Source: a virus
IMG/VR virus record: IMGVR_UViG_3300004805_000006
Coordinates: 1-64,000 of that record
DNA length: 64,000 nt
Reading direction: 5' to 3' (one strand)
Shown here piece by piece: positions 57,824 to 64,000 of this stretch. The notes under the pieces were generated by a model. That model was not told the DNA's origin. It did no database searches and was given only the letters and a program-made list of their open reading frames with translations. Positions within the stretch are counted from its first letter, which is position 1. Every line of letters starts with the position of its first letter. Made by a program: the position numbers and the translations under genes.

Positions 57824-58199
57824 CTCTTATTTCCGTTCCACTAAATAGATAACCTTCAGATCGTGGTATAAACTCGGTTTCTATATTAAATTTTTTTGCC
57901 CAATTTAAAACATCTGGATTTCCTGATACTAACATATCAAATTCTGGTAAACCAAGTAAGTCTATTTTTTTAGTTAATACCCCAAAAATTCTATAAATTT
58001 TTACATTATTATGTAATGAAAATAAATCCTTTAATATATTAAGTACTATATCTGGGTTAGTGACTGGATTATCTGGTATATCCTCACTAACACCTACAAT
58101 AACTCTTTCATACTTAGACATTAAATTTAAAATAGTTCTAGCATGTCCAAGATGCGGTGGATGAAATTTTCCAGGAAAAAATACTGTTTTATCTATCAT
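57804..58199 (-). CDS. Cytidylyl/adenylyltransferase (HxGH family)
   Basis: FPGKFHPPHLGH, SGN, SGTEIR. Confidence 0.8.
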   Translation of the reverse strand: MIDKTVFFPGKFHPPHLGHARTILNLMSKYERVIVGVSEDIPDNPVTNPDIVLNILKDLFSLHNNVKIYRIFGVLTKKIDLLGLPEFDMLVSGNPDVLNWAKKFNIETEFIPRSEGYLFSGTEIRDELQRS

Positions 58200-59197
58200 G
58201 CTGTCTCCTTAATAAAATTATAAATAACATTGTATGCATGTGGCAATGAATAATAATCTTCATCGAACCACTCTAAAAAAAGTTCTCTTTGAATTTTTTT
58301 ATATAAATCATAATCATTTTTAAGAAATGCTATTTTCTCTGTTAAATTACTAGTTGTTACACATTTAAACGACTTTATACCAGGAGGTTGCCATAGTCTA
58401 ACTTCAACCTGAGATAGTATATCATCTATCATGGAATCTTTAGTAATAGTTCCAGGCATAAGTATAGGAATGCTTCCAAATAATAATGCGTCTTGGTAAC
58501 AACTACTACCCATAGTCATAAAAAATTTACAAACATCAGTACAATACTTACTACCTATAGGTCCATTAAATTGTTCTGGAAGCATTTCTATACCATTAAC
58601 ATGCCAATCACTAGTATATTTTTTATACCATACTTTATGAAACGGTATAAATATTCCGTCTAAGGGTATATTTATACCATTCCAAATACCAGTACCTATT
58701 AAAATAACATCATTCCATCTATCTATATCATTAAAAGACATACTATAATACATAATACTTAATTTTGGCCACTTAGCATTTATAATACTTCTTCCATCAT
58801 TAAGTAATTTTATAGCATTTTCATAATGACGTTTTTGAAAAGTTACCAATAATGACTTACCATAAGTTAAACAATTTTCAGGTAAATCATTAGCAAATAA
58901 ATCATGCTCTATGTCTATGAATCCTACTCTAGGCTTCACATTCTTTTGAAAATATCTAAATTCAGGCATCGTAGCGCTATGTGTAGCCCATAAAATATAA
59001 TCATATTTTTCAAATATATGTCTTTTACAGAATCCTGCGTTCATAAACTGCTTTGCATCTATACCATAACTATTTACTGCTTGAATAGCCTGCGGTATTA
59101 TTTCTATATTTTTGGACTGTAAAAATTTAATTATATGGGCATTAACACATAGTTCAGATTTGGAAAATATATACAGTAGTTTAATCTTTTTATTCAT
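58196..59197 (-). CDS. Hypothetical protein in glycan cluster (possible GT-B glycosyl/phosphotransferase)
   Basis: Cluster context; IEHD, SS...DALLFG.IP. Confidence 0.5.
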   Translation of the reverse strand: MNKKIKLLYIFSKSELCVNAHIIKFLQSKNIEIIPQAIQAVNSYGIDAKQFMNAGFCKRHIFEKYDYILWATHSATMPEFRYFQKNVKPRVGFIDIEHDLFANDLPENCLTYGKSLLVTFQKRHYENAIKLLNDGRSIINAKWPKLSIMYYSMSFNDIDRWNDVILIGTGIWNGINIPLDGIFIPFHKVWYKKYTSDWHVNGIEMLPEQFNGPIGSKYCTDVCKFFMTMGSSCYQDALLFGSIPILMPGTITKDSMIDDILSQVEVRLWQPPGIKSFKCVTTSNLTEKIAFLKNDYDLYKKIQRELFLEWFDEDYYSLPHAYNVIYNFIKETA

Positions 59198-59817
59198 TTT
59201 TTAATCGATGCTAAAAAAGTTTCTGCTATTTCAGTTAATAAATATTTCTCTTTAGGTAAAGCATGTCTATCTAAACCTACCCTATTAACTTTTAATGGCT
59301 TACATGGAACTCCTGCCCATACTATAGCTGCAGGTGATTCACCTTTATAAACACCATTTGCTCCTACTATACAGAAATCTCCTAGCTTAGCAAATGGGTG
59401 AGTAGAACAATTAAGACCCATATAACAGTAACGTCCTATCTCAGAATGCCCACCTATAATTGCCCCAGTATGAAGAACTACTCTTTCAGCGAGCTTGGCA
59501 TCATGACCTACATGAGACTTAGCCATAAGATAACAACCTTTACTTACTAAAGTTCTATCAGTAAAAAGTGGTGTATTAATAGTAACATACTCTCTTATTT
59601 CCACATTGTCACCTATCTCAATAATACCACCTCCATCCTTAGCCCCATTAGGATGTTCTCCAGGTAGTCCTATAGATGCTGAATATATTCTACAATTATT
59701 TCCTATTTTAACTCTATCAGATATATATGTAAACGGACCTATGTAAGTTCCATAACCTATATCTGTTGTCTCTACCACTGATGTTGGATGAATAAATGTA
59801 TTGTAAGTACTAACCAT
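59194..59817 (-). CDS. Hexapeptide-repeat acyltransferase (LpxA-like)
   Basis: IHPTSVV, IGP, IGDNVEIREYVTI, LMAKSHVGHD, AGVP. Confidence 0.88.
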   Translation of the reverse strand: MVSTYNTFIHPTSVVETTDIGYGTYIGPFTYISDRVKIGNNCRIYSASIGLPGEHPNGAKDGGGIIEIGDNVEIREYVTINTPLFTDRTLVSKGCYLMAKSHVGHDAKLAERVVLHTGAIIGGHSEIGRYCYMGLNCSTHPFAKLGDFCIVGANGVYKGESPAAIVWAGVPCKPLKVNRVGLDRHALPKEKYLLTEIAETFLASIKK

Positions 59818-59829
59818 ATTCCTCTCCTT

Positions 59830-60660
59830 TTAAAAACACCAAAGTTTATTAGTTTCACCATCTTGAGCATTAAAATACGTATCCTGATTAACATGTCTAT
59901 TATACCAGTCCGCAATATATTTTGGATGGGCACCACTAAAAATTTTAGCACCAACAGAATCAAATGCGTATGTAAAAGATCTAGGAGATGCTATCTTACC
60001 ACCCTCATATACATTACTATACTGATATAGATCATCGGCTTTTTTAGCTTTCATACCCAATGCTTTTGGATCTCTACAATTACCATAATGATAAATACTG
60101 GCTCCACAATTAATATTGCGTCCTGAATGAGCTGGAAAACCATCTGCCCACACTAAATCATCAGCACAACCATTATTCCTGTGTAAAAGTCTAATGCCGG
60201 TAGAGTGCCTCCAGAGGCGTGTATGCTGTTTATACCAAGCAGGTCCCTCAATATAATGAGTTGGAACTCCATAGAAGTGAATAACATTAAACGCAATAGC
60301 CGGAATCTCCATACTAACTGCTTTTCTAATCTGGTCAAAGTCGTTTTCATTTAGAACCTCATCAGCATCTATAGCGAGAATATAAGCATCGATTGGCATT
60401 TTGTCAAGTAGGAAATTCTTTTCATTTGCCCACATTTGTCTATTATGTTGCCAATCCTTTACAAATAACTTTATTCTACCTTTACCATATTCATTCTGAA
60501 GAGAATACAAAATATCTAAAGTTCCATCCGTAGAACTTCCATCATTAATGTATATGTCATCACATAGACCCATCATACATCTTATAGTAGATTCTACACA
60601 ATAGTCGAGTATAACACACTGATGAGTTATTAGATGCGCGGATATCATACTTTTTTCCAC
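59830..60660 (-). CDS. Glycosyltransferase family 2
   Basis: NDGSSTDGT, IDADE, IYHYG. Confidence 0.88.
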   Translation of the reverse strand: MEKSMISAHLITHQCVILDYCVESTIRCMMGLCDDIYINDGSSTDGTLDILYSLQNEYGKGRIKLFVKDWQHNRQMWANEKNFLLDKMPIDAYILAIDADEVLNENDFDQIRKAVSMEIPAIAFNVIHFYGVPTHYIEGPAWYKQHTRLWRHSTGIRLLHRNNGCADDLVWADGFPAHSGRNINCGASIYHYGNCRDPKALGMKAKKADDLYQYSNVYEGGKIASPRSFTYAFDSVGAKIFSGAHPKYIADWYNRHVNQDTYFNAQDGETNKLWCF

Positions 60661-61658
60661 CAGCCATTGTCAGATAATGATTTTTGAGCCGCGACTAAAA
60701 CTTTAACTACGTTCACCCCAACATCACCATTACTTAGAGGCTGTCTATTTTCTTCTATACACGAAATGAATTCTTGGCACTCTTTAACCAATGGCTCCCA
60801 TGTTTCTATATAAGGATAGACTACATCTCCATACTTATAGCTTAAAAGATGTCTTGAATAATCCAAATAGGTTTCAGACTGAAGCTTGCTTAAGTCCACT
60901 GTTTTATTGTATATAGCTATTGTTTTGTTAATAGAGTCACATACAGCCATTTGTTTATCGCCTACTACAACAGTACTCCTTACTTTATGAGGATCTAGCC
61001 AACTAAGATGAAGATGAGCTTTGATATCATCACCATAATCCATTATTACAAATGCTACATCTTCAACATTGGTTAATACATTCTTCATTCCAAATGCTGA
61101 TACACTGTTACATGTTCTATCTAAAAGAAAATCTATGATAGAAATATCATGTGGTAAAAGATCCGAAAGAACCCCACAAGATTGTATTTGACCAAGGTTT
61201 AATCTTTGTGTGTAAACATAATGAACCTTTCCAAAGGCTTCACTATTTATAATTTCTTTTAGCTTTAAAATTTCCGGTGCGTACAAAAAAATATGACCCA
61301 CCATAACTATTAAATTTTTACTTTTAGCATACTTAACTATAGCTTCTGCTTCTTCCAAACTTGTAGCAATAGGTTTTTCTACAAATATATGTTTATCATG
61401 TTGAAGAGCTTTCATTGCTATTTCAAAATGATTTTTCGGTGGTGTAGCAATAACAACACCTTTAACTTCGTCTCTATCAAGACACTTTTCCCAATCTGTA
61501 TCAAAATAAACTCCCCTATAGATCTTCTGCTTTGTAAAATTTATCAAAGATTCTTTGTCTAAGTCAAAAACTCCAGAAAGAACATTAAGACTATTTAAAG
61601 TTCTTAACAAATTCTTTCCCCATATGCCGCATCCTACTTGAACTATTTTAGTATTCAT
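60645..61658 (-). CDS. Gfo/Idh/MocA NAD-dependent sugar oxidoreductase
   Basis: VGCGIWG, IATP..H, EKP, VGH, DL.PHD, SWL.P.K.R. Confidence 0.92.
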   Translation of the reverse strand: MNTKIVQVGCGIWGKNLLRTLNSLNVLSGVFDLDKESLINFTKQKIYRGVYFDTDWEKCLDRDEVKGVVIATPPKNHFEIAMKALQHDKHIFVEKPIATSLEEAEAIVKYAKSKNLIVMVGHIFLYAPEILKLKEIINSEAFGKVHYVYTQRLNLGQIQSCGVLSDLLPHDISIIDFLLDRTCNSVSAFGMKNVLTNVEDVAFVIMDYGDDIKAHLHLSWLDPHKVRSTVVVGDKQMAVCDSINKTIAIYNKTVDLSKLQSETYLDYSRHLLSYKYGDVVYPYIETWEPLVKECQEFISCIEENRQPLSNGDVGVNVVKVLVAAQKSLSDNGWWKKV

Positions 61659-62502
61659 ATTTATATCTCCTATACATCAGTGCTTGATACCATGCTGTGT
61701 GCCACTCACGATCTTTATTTGCCCTAGCATTACAACTCCTACATACTGTGATAAGATTTTTAGGACTACAGCTTTTCTTGTTGTAGTCTATGTGGTGGAT
61801 AGCAATAATATTATCTTTTTTCCAACAACCAGGATTAAGACATCTATTTCCATCTCTTAATTTTATATCTTCCTTATAATCTTTGTCACTCCAAATTGGA
61901 CAGTATGGCTCATAAGAAGTTCCACCATTCCAGTTTGGATGCCCTGAACCTGAAAATTTTATATCAGCACAAGTTGGACATCTTTTACCCTTTTTCCAAT
62001 TAATCCAAACCATAGAATGTTCATGATTATTAGAACATATATAATCTAACTTAGTATGGTTGTTAATGTATTTTTTAGATAAAAGAATATAACCTTCCTT
62101 ATTAAAAGATTGTTTTACATACTCTATAGTAAGATTAACATTACCAGCACAAGTTAAACATCGACTACCTTGTTTCCAATTATCCCATACTATACTATGT
62201 TTGTGACCTTTAGGGCATTCATAATTTAGCCTGCTTCCACTATTAATGTATTCCTTAGAAACTAAAGTATAACCTTCACTCTCAAAAGATTGTTTTACAA
62301 ATTCATAAGTTAATTTAATATCCGCACAAGTTGGACATCTTTTTCCTTGTTTCCAACTATCCCAAACAGTACTATGCTCATGATCATAAGTGCATCTATA
62401 GTATAGTTTATTTTTACTACCGGTATACTCTTCCGATAGAAGAGTATACCCATATTTCTCAAATTCTGATCTTATATATTCTATATTAAGTTTAGTCCCC
62501 AT
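61648..62502 (-). CDS. HNH endonuclease with 3 zinc-ribbon repeats
   Basis: Same architecture as the other three copies. Confidence 0.88.
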   Translation of the reverse strand: MGTKLNIEYIRSEFEKYGYTLLSEEYTGSKNKLYYRCTYDHEHSTVWDSWKQGKRCPTCADIKLTYEFVKQSFESEGYTLVSKEYINSGSRLNYECPKGHKHSIVWDNWKQGSRCLTCAGNVNLTIEYVKQSFNKEGYILLSKKYINNHTKLDYICSNNHEHSMVWINWKKGKRCPTCADIKFSGSGHPNWNGGTSYEPYCPIWSDKDYKEDIKLRDGNRCLNPGCWKKDNIIAIHHIDYNKKSCSPKNLITVCRSCNARANKDREWHTAWYQALMYRRYKYEY

Positions 62503-63142
62503 CTGGCCAGATATTTTTGCCTCCTTCCTGTTTTTCTAAAGCCATCAAACTATTGTAAAGAGTATTCATCTTATCCAAAGTATACTCCATCCTTCCTTTC
62601 CAATATAAATTGAAATGATTCAGATCAAATTTCATACAAACAACAGATCCACGCAGACCTATAATGGGTTCATGAACATATTTAACAGTATGTATTCGTG
62701 GATAATCATTTCTTAGTAATCTTAATTGTACATCAGGATACCACTTAACTTCTGTATACTCATTTTTCATTTCTAAATCTAACCAGTGCCTTCTTGGAAA
62801 GTGAAAACCATCTACTTTACTATTCTGATTATCGTCTATAAGTTTCAATAAGTTTTCACCAAACTCTTTTGATATGGTTTCATCTGGTGCCATATTGAAG
62901 CTCCAATCTGAAAAATCCTTTACCCATGAAAATAGAGTATTTTGAGCTTTGCCAAAGTTTTCAAATTTAAAATCTTTAACATGACACCCATGTGCTTTAG
63001 CTATTTCTCTGGTATTATCAGTTGTAGTATTATCCACAAGTATGTAGCTATCACCAACGTAGGGTAATATAGATTCTAACATGTTACTTATACAATGAGC
63101 CTCATTCTTTACAAATACACTGTGTATTAATCTATGCTTCAT
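62492..63142 (-). CDS. Glycosyltransferase family 2
   Basis: VKNE..I...LES, D..TD.T.EIA, F..A.N, PDE, WYPD.QLRL, VHE. Confidence 0.85.
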   Translation of the reverse strand: MKHRLIHSVFVKNEAHCISNMLESILPYVGDSYILVDNTTTDNTREIAKAHGCHVKDFKFENFGKAQNTLFSWVKDFSDWSFNMAPDETISKEFGENLLKLIDDNQNSKVDGFHFPRRHWLDLEMKNEYTEVKWYPDVQLRLLRNDYPRIHTVKYVHEPIIGLRGSVVCMKFDLNHFNLYWKGRMEYTLDKMNTLYNSLMALEKQEGGKNIWPDGD

Positions 63143-63146
63143 AAAA

Positions 63147-63737
63147 TTACTCCTCTACCTTATCGCAGGATAGTTTAATCAAATAATGGTCTTCACCAGA
63201 AGCATTTTTAAGTGTTTCTAGCGTTGTACTATACATATCAGCAACTTGCCAGAATCTAGTAAGAATTGAAAACATATTATGACCATTATGATCATTGTAA
63301 GAACGAGTAAAAACATATAGTGCATTAGACATTTTTGTAAATGCGTGTAAATAATTTAAAAGATCGACTGTATAAATATGTTGCAAACAAATTGAACAGA
63401 ATATAACATCTACTTTTTTAGTAGCAAGCTCATCCCAGTCTGTAAAACATTCAATGTTGGTACGTCTCCGATAAGCTTTAGTAGACCTAAGCATATTAAT
63501 CATATTTTCAAAATCAAAAGCATATACTTTCTCGAATTTCTTACTTAACTGTATTGTGTTCCTGCCCACTCCACATCCGAAATCCAGAATTGTTCCCTTT
63601 TCTGTTATAACGTTTATGAATTTATCATATTCCTTATATAGACTATGAATACTGCTAGCTGTACCAGTTAATATTTCTTTTGGTGCATTAATTTCAGTAG
63701 CGTCTGTCCAAACATTGTATGTTCCTTTTAATTCCAT
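63147..63737 (-). CDS. Class I SAM methyltransferase
   Basis: ILDFGCGVGR, CLQHI. Confidence 0.82.
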   Translation of the reverse strand: MELKGTYNVWTDATEINAPKEILTGTASSIHSLYKEYDKFINVITEKGTILDFGCGVGRNTIQLSKKFEKVYAFDFENMINMLRSTKAYRRRTNIECFTDWDELATKKVDVIFCSICLQHIYTVDLLNYLHAFTKMSNALYVFTRSYNDHNGHNMFSILTRFWQVADMYSTTLETLKNASGEDHYLIKLSCDKVEE

Positions 63738-63755
63738 AATTAGTTCTCCTCTTTA

Positions 63756-64000
63756 TTAAAATTTAATGAATTTTACTGTCATATTATAACCATCTCTTGT
63801 CCAACTCATCTCACTCAAACCACTCTTTTCACAGACATATTTAAAAAGTCTTCTATCATATTGAGTATAATGTATATTATAATCATAATCCTGACCACCA
63901 CCCAAAAGCCAATTAAAGTAGTGAGTTATAGGTACGTCAAACATATCAGTCCTATTTTCATCTTTTCTTTTTATGTAATCGGTGGCTATGGCTTCTAAAT
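63756..64000 (-). CDS. 3' end of a gene truncated by the window edge (possibly methyltransferase)
   Basis: L.GGQDY..N.H...D......GL; the frame appears to continue to the window edge. Confidence 0.5.
   Translation of the reverse strand, partial: LEAIATDYIKRKDENRTDMFDVPITHYFNWLLGGGQDYDYNIHYTQYDRRLFKYVCEKSGLSEMSWTRDGYNMTVKFIKF

Noticed and set aside
17730-60350. Many short antisense or nested ORFs in the track (e.g. 19393, 21918, 26544, 34442, 41087, 45962, 51859)
   Set aside because: They are shadows of well-supported minus-strand genes, with no RBS or motifs.
1-64000. Stop-codon reassignment
   Set aside because: Long conserved genes are intact under the standard code, TAA, TAG and TGA all end genes, and no suppressor tRNA was seen (anticodons TAG and TAA are Leu).

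Overview
AT-rich segment of what looks like a jumbo (huge) bacteriophage genome, using the standard genetic code. The + strand block (1-15.4 kb) is rich in tRNAs, small ORFs and RNA-related functions: a Ro60/TROVE gene followed by several structured tRNA-like/Y-like RNAs and an RNA ligase, two more Y-RNA-like tandem units, a ~320-nt unclassified structured RNA, and a 'double-elbow' tRNA mimic. The - strand block (15.5-64 kb) carries a Clp ATPase with a mini-intein, a Rad52/Sak annealing protein, tmRNA, Pth2, tRNAs, PAS/REC signalling proteins, a methyltransferase followed by three tandem Pro-Lys micropeptide genes, nucleotide metabolism and replication genes (dCMP deaminase, DNA ligase, class II RNR with 2 inteins, dUTPase, PolA with an intein, DnaX), four modular zinc-finger-repeat HNH endonucleases, and a sugar-nucleotide/glycosyltransferase cluster interleaved with virion fibre genes. 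All calls come from motif recognition and manual base-pairing; no searches were run.
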